NCBI GenBank assembly: GCA_039917955.1
Contig: JBDSIN010000083.1
Span: 1 to 45,135, forward strand
Reading direction: 5' to 3'
Source of the DNA: Candidatus Limnocylindria bacterium
Lineage (GTDB): Bacteria; Chloroflexota; Limnocylindria; QHBO01
DNA length: 45,135 nucleotides
Positions within the stretch are counted from its first letter, which is position 1; each line of letters opens with the position of its first letter. A program made the position numbers and the translations under genes. Positions 37,028 through 45,135 of the stretch are shown one piece after another. Under the pieces are notes generated by a model. That model saw only the letters and a program-made list of their open reading frames with translations. It was not told the DNA's origin and did not search any database.

Positions 37028-37057
37028 AGTATAGCAACCCGGCTCGCGACCGCTCAA
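37028..37057 (-). promoter_or_regulatory. Putative promoter for tRNA-Tyr
   Basis: Minus strand TTGAGC-N18-TATACT, about 40 nt upstream of the tRNA-Tyr 5-prime end, in the gap after the SnoaL-like gene. Confidence 0.45.
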
Positions 37058-37087
37058 GGCGGGTCGCTGCCGCGCCCGGCTGTGTGA

Positions 37088-37495
37088 CTAGATCCCGTGC
37101 TCGAGCTGGCGGGCGTACTCGGCCGCATCGTAGCGGCCCACCGATGCGGCGATGAGCCCGTCGTCGTCGATCGTCCACTCCTCGAAGCCGCTCACCCGCA
37201 CGGCGTTCCCGGTACCGCCCGGCCCGGTGTTGGTGCCGGTGAAGGTCCAGTGGTACTCGACGCGCTCCCCCTCCACGACAAGGTCATCGAAGAAGACCTG
37301 CATGTCCGGAAGGGCGACGTAGAAGCCCTGCGCCGCCTGGGTGATGGCGCCACGCCCCACGGCCGGGATGCCGTCGTTGATGGTGAGGGAGCCGCCTGGC
37401 GCGTAATGGGCCGCGACCCGGGCCGGATCCATGCTGCACCAGGCCGCGGTGTAGCGTTCCGCGAAGTCGCGGAACTGGAATGGTTCAGGCGTCAT
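37088..37495 (-). CDS. SnoaL/NTF2-like fold protein (ester-cyclase / ketosteroid-isomerase-like), 135 aa
   Basis: MTPEPFQFRDFAERYTAAWCSMDPARVAAHYAPGGSLTINDG...VEYHWTFTGTNTGPGG... resembles SnoaL-like cyclase domains. GAGGAG lies 8 nt before the ATG. Sits between two tRNAs. Confidence 0.65.
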   Translation of the reverse strand: MTPEPFQFRDFAERYTAAWCSMDPARVAAHYAPGGSLTINDGIPAVGRGAITQAAQGFYVALPDMQVFFDDLVVEGERVEYHWTFTGTNTGPGGTGNAVRVSGFEEWTIDDDGLIAASVGRYDAAEYARQLEHGI

Positions 37496-37530
37496 CGGTT
37501 GTGCTCCTCTCAGCCGAGGCGTTCTCTATG

Positions 37531-37605
37531 TGGAGCCGACGCTCGGATTCGAACCGAGAACCTGCGGTTTACAAAACCGCTGCTCTGCCGTTGAGCTACG
37601 TCGGC
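37531..37605 (-). tRNA. trnT: tRNA-Thr (anticodon UGU), CCA encoded
   Basis: GCCGACG-UA-GCUC-AACGGCA-GAGC-A-GCGGU-UUUGUAA-ACCGC-AGGUU-CUCGG-UUCGAAU-CCGAG-CGUCGGC-U-CCA. Confidence 0.93.
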
Positions 37606-37617
37606 CTCGGGCCGATT

Positions 37618-38367
37618 CTAGACCGGCGTCGCGGCGGATCGCTGACGCACCACTTCGAACAGCAGCAGGGCGCCGGCCGTCGCGGCGTTGAGGCTGCCGA
37701 CCTGGCCGGCCATCGGGAAGCGCACCAGCAGATCGCAGCGCCGGCGCATCGGGCCCGAGACGCCGCTCCCTTCGCTGCCGATGACGATGGCCAGCGGGCC
37801 ACGCAGGTCGGCCTCCCAGGCATTTGTCGGCGCATCCTGGTCTCCGGCAACCAGCCGCACGCCACGGTCGTGGAGCTCGCGAACGGTTTCACCGAGCGCC
37901 TCGACGCGGGCCAGGAGCAGGTGCTCCGAGGCGCCCGCGGACGACTTCACTGCCGCCGCGGAGAGCGGCGCGGCTCCGCGCTCGGGAAAGATCACGCCAT
38001 CCACGCCGGCCGCTTCGGCCGATCGCAAGAGCGTGCCGAAGTTGGTGGGGTCCTGGAGATGCTCGAGGATCAGGATGAGCGGCTGGTGTCCGCGTGCGAC
38101 GGCGCGCCCGAGCATCTCGGGGAGGTCCGACCAGCGGCGCTCCTCGACCTCGAGCAGGACACCCTGATGGCCGTCAAAGCCGGCCAATTGACGCACGCGG
38201 TCGGGGTCCACTGTCTCGACCGGCACCGATGCGCGGCGTGCAGCGGCCAACAGCGCCTTCAGCTCGGGACCGGGGCGCGAGGCGCGGGCGACGAGCAGAC
38301 GACGCGCCGGTCGTCCTGCTGCGAGCGCCTCGACCACCGGACGACGCCCGCCGATCCACTCCGTCAC
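37618..38367 (-). CDS. rlmB: SpoU/TrmH-family RNA 2-prime-O-methyltransferase, RlmB/YacO-like
   Basis: GTG 38367 in a GTGA overlap with the ispDF stop. (V)TEWIGGRRPVVEAL... substrate-binding domain then ...ILEHLQDPTNFGTLLRSAEAAGV...IVIGSEGSGVS...IPMAGQVGSLNAATAGALLLFE-type SPOUT motifs (249 aa). Confidence 0.8.
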   Translation of the reverse strand: MTEWIGGRRPVVEALAAGRPARRLLVARASRPGPELKALLAAARRASVPVETVDPDRVRQLAGFDGHQGVLLEVEERRWSDLPEMLGRAVARGHQPLILILEHLQDPTNFGTLLRSAEAAGVDGVIFPERGAAPLSAAAVKSSAGASEHLLLARVEALGETVRELHDRGVRLVAGDQDAPTNAWEADLRGPLAIVIGSEGSGVSGPMRRRCDLLVRFPMAGQVGSLNAATAGALLLFEVVRQRSAATPV

Positions 38368-39578
38368 TCGGCGGGCGCCTTCGGGGAGACGACGGCGATC
38401 GCGTACGCAGCAATCCCCTCGCTGCCGGCAAAGCCAAGTCCGTCGGACGTGGTTCCCTTGACGGCGACGTCGTCGGAGGCGAGGCCACACAGGCCAGCGA
38501 TGCAGTTGATCATCTCGTCCCGGCGCGGAGCCACCGCCGGGTGGGGAGCCACGATCACCAGATCAACCGAGATCGGTTCCCAGCCGTCGGCGGCCAGGCG
38601 CTCCACTGCGTCTTCGAGCAACGCCCCAGAGTCCGCATTGCGCCATCGGTCATCGTCGGGCGGGTAGAGGCTGCCGATATCTCCCGCCCCGGCTGCCCCG
38701 AGCAGCGCGTCGATCACCGCATGTAGAGCGGCGTCCCCATCGGAGTGGCCGGCGAGACCGGCCTCTCCGGGGAACTCCAATCCGCCGAGCATCAGTGTTC
38801 TCCCCGACTCTCGGCGGTGGGCATCGAAGCCGATGCCTGCGCGCTGGCCGGACGCCACCGCCGGGACAGCCAGCGGCGACCCCGACGCGGCTAGCACGGC
38901 GGCGAGGCGCAGTTCGTCGCCGGGCTCGGTCAGCTTCAGGTTGCCCGCCTCTCCGGGGACGGTGTGCACGGTGATCCCACCCGAGGCAAGGGCCGACGCC
39001 TCGTCGGTCGCGGCCCGCCCCCAGGCTCGAGACTCCTCGAGGGCGGCGCGCAGCTCACCGAGCGTCGCGGCCTGTGGGGTCTGCGCGGCCGCCAGCGACT
39101 CGCGGTCGATCGGGGCAATCACGCGACCGGTGTTGTCCACGCGCTTGATCGAATCATGCAGCGGCACCACCGGAATGACGGCATGCCCCAGCTCCACTGC
39201 GTCGACGACCCGCAGCATGAGCTCGCTCGAGGCGCCAGGGCGCGCGGCATCGTGGACGAGCAGCGGCATGTCGTCGGGCAGGCCTGCAGCGGTGAGCGCG
39301 GTGATTCCGGCGGTCACCGAGTCGACCCGCTCGGCGCCGCCGGTCACGAGCAGGCATCGGTCTGCAGCCTCAGCCGGCAGAGCCGCGGCGAAGCGATCCT
39401 CGGCGTCGGCCGGGATGACGACCGCGACGCGCCGCATGCCGGGCACCGCCAACAGCGCGTCGAGGCTCCACCGCCAGGCGGGGCGGCCGAACATCTCGAT
39501 CCACAGCTTGTCGACACCCATTCGCCGGCCGGCGCCGGCAGCCACCAGCACGGCCGCTACCGGTCGGGGCTCGATCAT
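38364..39578 (-). CDS. ispDF: Bifunctional IspD/IspF (MEP cytidylyltransferase fused to MEcPP synthase)
   Basis: 404 aa. N-terminal VLVAAGAGRRMG...HDAARP (IspD); C-terminal RAGIGFDAHR...GHSDGDAALHAVIDALLGA...KGTTSDGLGF (IspF). Confidence 0.92.
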   Translation of the reverse strand: MIEPRPVAAVLVAAGAGRRMGVDKLWIEMFGRPAWRWSLDALLAVPGMRRVAVVIPADAEDRFAAALPAEAADRCLLVTGGAERVDSVTAGITALTAAGLPDDMPLLVHDAARPGASSELMLRVVDAVELGHAVIPVVPLHDSIKRVDNTGRVIAPIDRESLAAAQTPQAATLGELRAALEESRAWGRAATDEASALASGGITVHTVPGEAGNLKLTEPGDELRLAAVLAASGSPLAVPAVASGQRAGIGFDAHRRESGRTLMLGGLEFPGEAGLAGHSDGDAALHAVIDALLGAAGAGDIGSLYPPDDDRWRNADSGALLEDAVERLAADGWEPISVDLVIVAPHPAVAPRRDEMINCIAGLCGLASDDVAVKGTTSDGLGFAGSEGIAAYAIAVVSPKAPAE

Positions 39579-40625
39579 CTACGTGTCGCGAGGCTGGGCG
39601 AAGATCATCCGCCCAGCGACGGTCTGCAGCACCCGGGTCACGGTGATCCCCACCTCGCGCTCCAGGAAGCTGCTCCCGCCTTCCACCACGATCATCGTCC
39701 CGTCGTCCAGGTAGCCGACCCCCTGCCCTGGCTCCTTCCCCTCCTGGATGATCTTGACCGTCATCTCCTCTCCGGGGTGGACGACCGCCTTGATCGCGTT
39801 GGCCAGCTCGTTGAGGTTGAGCACCCGGATCCCCTGGATCTCGGCCACGCGATTGAGGTTGAAGTCGTTGGTCAGGATCGCAGCGTGGTGATCGCGGGCA
39901 AAGGCGACCAGTTTGGCGTCAACCTCGCCGATCTCCGGGTAGGTCTCCTCGCTCACCTCGACCGGCGAGAGCGAGTCCTTCTGCAGCGCGGCAAGCATCT
40001 CCAGCCCCCTTCGTCCCCGGTTGCGGCGCATCGCGTCGGGCGAGTCGGCGATGCGCTGCAGCTCGTCGAGCACGAAGCGCGGCACCACCAGGGTTCCGAG
40101 GATGAAGCCGGTGCGGCCGACGTCCACGATCCGACCGTCGATCACCGAGCTGGTGTCCACCACGACCAGCTGTGGTCCGCCCCGGCGTCGGCGACCGGGC
40201 AGGATTCCCTCCATCGCCGGGACCAGCACGTCGCGCTTGTAGATCGTCGCACCGAGCATGCTCAGGGCCAGGGTCACCGCCACCGCGGGCGGCAGGATGG
40301 CACCGGCAGTGCCGCCGATCGAGGAGAGCGGGATGCCCGCCAGCACCCCCATCAGCAGACCAATCACGATCGATCCCACGCCGAGCGCGAAGTCGCCGGC
40401 GCCCGCTTGCGCCAGCCGGTCGACCGCCCATCGGGCAGGTCGGACCGTGACGTACGGGATGGCGAGGTATCCGAACAGCAGCGACGCCACCACCATGGCT
40501 ACCAGGAAAGCGGGCTTGTTGGCCTGGCTGATGCCGCCGCCTGCGCGCTCGAGGATCAGGAGGCCCAGGCCGAAGCCGAAGATCGTCCCCAGCAGGGACC
40601 CGACGAGCTGAATGATCTTGGTCAT
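39579..40625 (-). CDS. yacL: PIN/TRAM-domain membrane protein, YacL-like
   Basis: ATG 40625: MTKIIQLVGSLLGTIFGFGLGLL... (4 TM), then VVDTSSVIDGRIVDVGRTGFILGTLVVPRFVLDELQRIADS...RRNRGRRGLEML...TNDFNLNRVAEIQGIRVLNLNELANAIK...GVGYLDDGTMIVVEGG...AGRMIFA. The 32 upstream codons in the track have low GC3. Confidence 0.88.
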   Translation of the reverse strand: MTKIIQLVGSLLGTIFGFGLGLLILERAGGGISQANKPAFLVAMVVASLLFGYLAIPYVTVRPARWAVDRLAQAGAGDFALGVGSIVIGLLMGVLAGIPLSSIGGTAGAILPPAVAVTLALSMLGATIYKRDVLVPAMEGILPGRRRRGGPQLVVVDTSSVIDGRIVDVGRTGFILGTLVVPRFVLDELQRIADSPDAMRRNRGRRGLEMLAALQKDSLSPVEVSEETYPEIGEVDAKLVAFARDHHAAILTNDFNLNRVAEIQGIRVLNLNELANAIKAVVHPGEEMTVKIIQEGKEPGQGVGYLDDGTMIVVEGGSSFLEREVGITVTRVLQTVAGRMIFAQPRDT

Positions 40626-40630
40626 GGACC

Positions 40631-40687
40631 GATGATTCCGTGATGAAACAATGCCGCGGGCCGGATGAATCGATGAAGAAGGATGAA
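40631..40687. repeat. Cluster of five GATGA(A/T) hexamers in the radA-yacL intergenic region
   Basis: Plus strand GATGAT 40631, then GATGAA at 40642, 40664, 40672 and 40682 (TTCATC on the coding strand), in a locally AT-enriched, non-coding (low GC3) spacer. Confidence 0.5.
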
Positions 40688-40756
40688 CGTCGCCCACGCC
40701 CGCCGATCGGCGGGCGGTCACCTTAGCACGGGGTCACCCGTGCGGCAACGACCGGA

Positions 40757-42175
40757 CTAGGTGGTCGACGGGTCGACGAGCGCCAGCTGGAGCGCCTCGC
40801 GCAGGTCGATCGCCTCGAGGATGGTCCCGTCGCCGTCGCGGCTGGGCGGGGCGGCGCCCGATGCGCGATGCGGCCCCGTAACCAGCCGCTCGAAGCCGAG
40901 ACGCAGGGCCTCAGCCATGCGCCGATCGGCGCGCGACGCGGCGCGCACCCGCCCCGACAGCGATAGCTCGCCGGCGAGCACCGTTCCGGCCCGGACCGGA
41001 CGCTCGCGGAGCGACGAGGCGAGCGCCGTCGCGACGGCGAGATCGGCCGCCGGCTCCTCGATCCGCAGGCCGCCGGCGACGTTCACGTACACGTCATGTC
41101 CGGTCAGATTCAGTCCCGCGTGGCGTGCCAGCACGGCGATCAACATCAGGACTCGGTTGACGTCGATCCCCGTCGTGGCGCGGCGAGGCGATCCGATCCC
41201 CGAGGGCGCGACGAGTGCCTGGATCTCCACGGCGAGCGGTCGCGATCCCTCGATGGCGATGGTGATGGCGCTGCCCGCCACGGGGGGCTGCTCTGACTCC
41301 AGGAAGAATCGGCTGGCATCGGCAACCTCGACGAGTCCGCCGGTGCGCATCTCGAGCACGCCCACCTCTTCGGTCGAGCCGTAGCGGTTCTTGGCGGCGC
41401 TCAGCAGGCGCGTGGACCCGAGCCGCTCGCCCTCGAGGTAGATCACCGCGTCGACAAGGTGCTCGAGCGTTCGCGGGCCTGCAACGGTCCCCTCCTTGGT
41501 GACGTGGCCGACCAGCGCCACGCACGATTGGCCGGCCTTTGCCACTTCGGCGAGCCGCGAAGCGACCTCGCGCACCTGTCCCACGCTACCCGCCGGACCA
41601 GTCAGCTCCGCGCTGGTGAGGGTCTGGACGCTGTCCACCACCGCCAGCGCCGGGGCACTCGATTCGATGGCGCCGATGGCGGTGTCGAGATCGGTCGTGG
41701 CAACCAGCCCCAGTCCCTCGACGACGGCGCCAACGCGTTCGGCGCGGCCGCGCACCTGCGCCGTCGATTCCTCTCCGGTGATGTACAGCGCGGCGTGCCC
41801 CGCCGCCGCGATCCGGCCGGCCAGCTGCAGCAGGAGCGTGCTCTTGCCGATCCCCGGGTCACCGCCGAACAGGACGATCGATCCGGGGACGAGGCCGCCG
41901 CCGAGAACGCGATCCACCTCACCGATGCCGCTCGGCAGGCGCCCCGCCTCGGCGCTCGACACCTCGCCGATGGGCGAGATAGACGCCGCAGCGGCCGACG
42001 AAGCACGCCCGCGAGCGCGTTCCGCGGTCTTGCCGACAGGGGCTCGGGCAACCACCGTCTCAACCAGCGTGTTCCACGCCTCGCAGGACGGGCACTGCCC
42101 AGCCCACTTCGGCGAGGAGGTGCCACACTGCTGGCAGACGTAGACGGAGCGGATGGCTGGCACGGGTCGGGCCAT
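40757..42175 (-). CDS. radA: DNA repair protein RadA/Sms
   Basis: 472 aa. N-terminal zinc finger CQQCGTSSPKWAGQCPSCEAWNT, Walker A GDPGIGKST, KNRYG motif, Lon-like C-terminal domain. Confidence 0.95.
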   Translation of the reverse strand: MARPVPAIRSVYVCQQCGTSSPKWAGQCPSCEAWNTLVETVVARAPVGKTAERARGRASSAAAASISPIGEVSSAEAGRLPSGIGEVDRVLGGGLVPGSIVLFGGDPGIGKSTLLLQLAGRIAAAGHAALYITGEESTAQVRGRAERVGAVVEGLGLVATTDLDTAIGAIESSAPALAVVDSVQTLTSAELTGPAGSVGQVREVASRLAEVAKAGQSCVALVGHVTKEGTVAGPRTLEHLVDAVIYLEGERLGSTRLLSAAKNRYGSTEEVGVLEMRTGGLVEVADASRFFLESEQPPVAGSAITIAIEGSRPLAVEIQALVAPSGIGSPRRATTGIDVNRVLMLIAVLARHAGLNLTGHDVYVNVAGGLRIEEPAADLAVATALASSLRERPVRAGTVLAGELSLSGRVRAASRADRRMAEALRLGFERLVTGPHRASGAAPPSRDGDGTILEAIDLREALQLALVDPSTT

Positions 42176-42213
42176 CTTGCCACGCGGCGACGTACTGCCG
42201 CGTTACGGGACAC

Positions 42214-44684
42214 TCAGCGCGCCTTGACCGGCTCCTTCTTGGCGGCCTTGCGGTCGATGACCAGCCCGTCCGGCGCGGCGTCGACCACGATCGTGTCGCC
42301 CGCTTCGAAGGAGGCCATCAGCATCCGCTCGGCAAGGGGATCCTCGATCTGGTGCTGGATCTCTCGACGGAGCGGTCGCGCGCCAAAGGTCTGGTCGTAT
42401 CCCTTGGCGATGATCGCGTCCTTGGCGGCATCGGTCACCACCAGCTCCATCTGCTGCCCGGCGAGCTGCGCGATGACCCGCATGAGCAGCAGGTCGACGA
42501 TCTCCCGAATCTCTTCGCGCGTCAGCTGGCGGAAGACCACTGTGGCGTCGATCCGGTTCAGGAACTCGGGCCGGAACGTGTTCTTGAGCTCGACCAGGAC
42601 CTTCTCCTTCATCCGGTCGTAGTCGGCGATCGCCTTGGCATCCGCGGCACCGCCGACCCGGAAGCCCATCGAGGTGTCCTTCTGAATCTGCTGGGCGCCG
42701 ACGTTGCTGGTCATGATGATGATCGTGTTGCGGAAGTCGACCCGGCGGCCCTTGGCATCGGTCAGGTGGCCGTCTTCGAGGATCTGGAGAAGGATGTTGA
42801 ACACCTCGGGGTGCGCCTTCTCGATCTCATCGAGCAGGATCACGCTGTAGCTCTTTCGTCGTACCGCCTCGGTGAGCTGCCCGCCCTCGTCGTAGCCAAC
42901 GTATCCGGGCGGGGCGCCAACCAACCGCGACACGTTGTGGCGCTCCATGAACTCGCTCATGTCGACCTTCACCAGGGCATCCTCGCTGCCGAACATGAAC
43001 TCGGCGAGCGCCTTGGCGAGCTCGGTCTTGCCGACTCCGGTGGGTCCCATGAAGATGAATGAGCCGATCGGTCGCTTTGGATCCTTCAGGCCGGCACGCG
43101 CACGGCGAACCGCCTTGGAGATGATGTCGATCGCCTCCTGCTGGCCGATCACCCGCTTGTGCAGCGCCTCTTCCATGTTGAGCAGTCGCTCCGACTCTTC
43201 GGCGCTGATGCGGATCACCGGGATCCCGGTCCACATGCTGACGACCTGGGCGATCTCTTCCTCGGTGACCACGGGAACTTCCTTGGCGGCCTCTTCCAGC
43301 CAGGCGGCGCGCATCTGCTCGATCCGCTCCTTGCCCTGCGTCTCCTCGTCCCGCAAGCGCGCCGCCGCCTCGTAGTCCTGGGACGCGATCGCCTCGTCCT
43401 TCCGGACGGTGACGCCCTCGAGCTCGCGCTGCGCCTCCTTGATGCTCGGCGGTGCCGATGCATTGCGCAGCCGAACCCGGGAGCCTGCCTCGTCGATGAG
43501 TCGATCGCCTTGTCGGGCAGGGCTCGATCGGCGACGTAGCGCACCGACAGGTTCACGGCCGCGCGCACGGCCTCGTCGCTGATCTTGACCTTGTGGTGGT
43601 CCTCGTACCGCGACCGGATGCCGAAGAGGATGTCGATCGCGTCGTCGACCGTCGGCTCCTCGACCATCACCGGCTGGAAGCGCCGCTCGAGGGCAGCGTC
43701 CTTCTCGATGTACTTGCGGTACTCGTCGAGGGTCGTCGCGCCGATGCACTGAAGCTCGCCCCGTGAGAGTGGCGGCTTGAGGATATTGGCGGCGTCGATA
43801 GCGCCCTCTGCGGCGCCGGCGCCGACCAGCGTATGCAGCTCATCGATGAAAAGCACGCTGTCGTTGCTGCTGCGCAGCTCCTCGATGATCTTCTTGAGCC
43901 GCTCCTCGAACTCGCCGCGGTACTTCGTTCCGGCCACCAGCGATCCGATGTCCAACGTGAGCACGCGCTTGCCTGCCAGCGTCTCGGGGACGTCGCCGGA
44001 GACGATACGCTGCGCGAGACCCTCGGCGATGGCCGTCTTGCCCACTCCCGGCTCACCGATCAGCGCGGGATTGTTCTTGGTCCGGCGGCTGAGGATCTGG
44101 ATGACGCGCTCGATCTCCTTCTCCCGCCCGATCACCGGGTCGAGCTTCCCCGCCCGGGCCGCTTCGGTCAGGTTGATGCCGAGCTGATCGAGCGTGGGCG
44201 TCTTCGATGGACGCTTGGTCTCGGGCGTCGGCGATGCGGCTGTGCCCTGCGAAAGGACATGGATCACCTGGTGGCGCACCTTGTCGAGGTTGACGCCCAG
44301 GCTCTCGAGCACGCCGGCGGCGATCCCCTCGCCCTCGCGCACCAGGCCGAGAAGCAGGTGCTCGGTACCAATGTAGTTGTGCCCCAGGCGCCGGGCCTCG
44401 TCGATGGCGAGCTCGATGACGCGCTTGGCGCGTGGCGTGAGGCCGACCTCACCCACGACCGGGCGGTCGCCACGACCGATGATGAACTCGACGGCGGTGC
44501 GAACCTTCGACAGCTCGACGTTCATGTTCTCCAACACGCGCGCCGCCACGCCCTCACCCTCGCGCACCAGTCCGAGCAACAGGTGCTCGGTACCGATGTA
44601 GTTGTGGTTGAAGCGCTGCGCCTCATCCTGGGCAAGCGTAAGGACCTTACGTGCCCGGTCGGTGAACTTGTCGAATCGGTCCAT
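42214..44684 (-). pseudogene. clpC: ATP-dependent Clp protease ATP-binding subunit ClpC, reading frame interrupted by an apparent 1-nt deletion at 43500/43501 (pseudogene or sequence error)
   Basis: Two track ORFs (43215..44759 and 42214..43749) in different frames join exactly at ...LPDKAID | LIDEAGSRV.... N part: Clp-N repeats, GEPGVGKT. C part: UVR-like linker, GPTGVGKT, sensor motifs. A restored gene would be 823 aa. Confidence 0.9.
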
Positions 44685-44846
44685 GGGTCGCGGTACCTGC
44701 CTGGATCGCCCGTTGGCCGAAAGTGAGCCTCCGGACTTCGTGAGAGTGTACGGCACCACTGTTGGGCGGTGCCTTCAATAGGTACTACGGGCTACGACCG
44801 CCGAACGCTCACCTGGCGGCGGTGCTGGGCTTCAACGTTCGCCCTG

Positions 44847-44879
44847 AGAAACAAGAAGGCGGACCGCCAGGCCCGCCTT
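44847..44879 (-). terminator. Rho-independent terminator of the right-edge gene
   Basis: Minus strand AAGGCGGGCC-uggc-GGUCCGCCUU (10 bp, one G-U) followed by CUUGUUUCU, beginning 25 nt after the frame-B TAG stop. Confidence 0.6.
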
Positions 44880-44903
44880 CGCGTGGGTGGAACGGTCTGC
44901 CGA

Positions 44904-45135
44904 CTACGACTTGACCTTCTTCGAGGGCTTCGCCTCTTTCGCCTGGGCCTCGACTGCAGCGGCAGCCTCCGGTTCGGCGGGCTCAGCGGCGGGCTCGGCG
45001 GCAGCCTCCGGTTCGGCGGCAGTGGAATTTGTTGGCCGGAATATTCTTTCTCCAGTTCCTGAAACTTTTTCTCCAACGTTTCGCGATTTTCAACTACTGA
45101 CGATTGTTTTGAAACCCACGCGCCAAGCTGGCTGC
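44904..45135 (-). CDS. 3-prime end of an unidentified gene running off the right edge; Ala/Glu/Pro-rich repeat tail ending ...AKEAKPSKKVKS; frame inconsistent near 45028-45030
   Basis: The frame ending at TAG 44906..44904 reads ...NSTAAEPEAAAEPAAEPAEPEAAAAVEAQAKEAKPSKKVKS with good GC3, but has no start after a TGA at 45090-45092. The frame open from the window edge reads SQLGAWVSKQSSVVENRETLEKKFQELEKEYSGQQ. One extra A in the AAA run would join them. Confidence 0.35.
44959..45019. repeat. 22-nt perfect direct repeat with 39-nt period inside the right-edge gene tail
   Basis: gcggcagcctccggttcggcgg occurs at 44959..44980 and 44998..45019 (plus strand). It encodes the repeated AEPEAAA peptide units. 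Confidence 0.8.

Noticed and set aside
37615-37620. TAGAAT hexamer overlapping the rlmB stop codon, 9 nt before tRNA-Thr(UGU), as a tRNA promoter.
   Set aside because: No TTG-type -35 element lies 16-19 nt upstream (the candidates are cagcga, agcgat and tcagcg). It cannot be supported beyond the -10-like hexamer.
43490-43510. Programmed -1 ribosomal frameshifting as an explanation for the clpC frame break.
   Set aside because: Re-reading C43500 would restore Leu, but the site (GCG AUC GAC UCA) is not a slippery X XXY YYZ heptamer, and I see no obvious downstream pseudoknot or hairpin. An indel is far more parsimonious.
44685-44846. Search for a CtsR-type (GGTCAAA direct repeat) or other recognisable heat-shock operator and a promoter upstream of clpC.
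   Set aside because: I could find no heptad repeat or good -35/-10 pair by eye. There is only a 6-bp hairpin (GGCACC...GGTGCC). Nothing reportable.
44959-45019. Direct repeats at the right edge, considered as a possible CRISPR or iteron array.
   Set aside because: There are only two copies, with a 39-nt period that is in frame with an Ala/Glu/Pro-rich coding tail. This is consistent with an intragenic tandem duplication, not a CRISPR array.

Overview
High-GC window (roughly two-thirds G+C by eye, not computed) that is almost entirely core translation and transcription machinery, nearly all on the minus strand. In transcription order: clpC (frame-broken), radA, PIN/TRAM yacL, fused ispDF, rlmB, then a tRNA island (Thr-UGU, Tyr, Thr-GGU) with two embedded protein genes (a SnoaL/NTF2-like protein and a ~10-TM membrane protein of unknown function). 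Next come rpmG, tRNA-Trp, secE, nusG, rplKAJL, a plus-strand MIP/aquaporin gene that interrupts the usual rplL-rpoB linkage, and rpoBC. These are followed by about 22 kb of tightly packed genes: rpsL-rpsG-fusA-tuf-S10/spc/alpha genes-truA-rplM-rpsI, then cdaA-cdaR (c-di-AMP synthase module). The order parallels the Bacillus-type clpC...rpmG-secE-nusG...rpoBC-str-S10-spc-alpha arrangement. I see no CRISPR array, transposase, integrase, toxin-antitoxin or defence-like gene, and no convincing evidence for a novel multi-gene system; this is an ordinary conserved region. Points worth a second look:
- an apparent 1-nt frameshift in clpC, and a second frame break at the right edge
- a Lys/Ala/Pro-rich repeat extension on L5
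- an EF-hand-like loop in an acidic C-terminal tail of RpoC, plus a coiled-coil insert
- a recurring TTGnnn-N18-TATACT/TAGAAT promoter architecture
- an L10-leader attenuator hairpin
- a GATGAA repeat cluster
- the uncharacterised membrane protein

Many long plus-strand ORFs in the track are antisense artefacts of high GC content.
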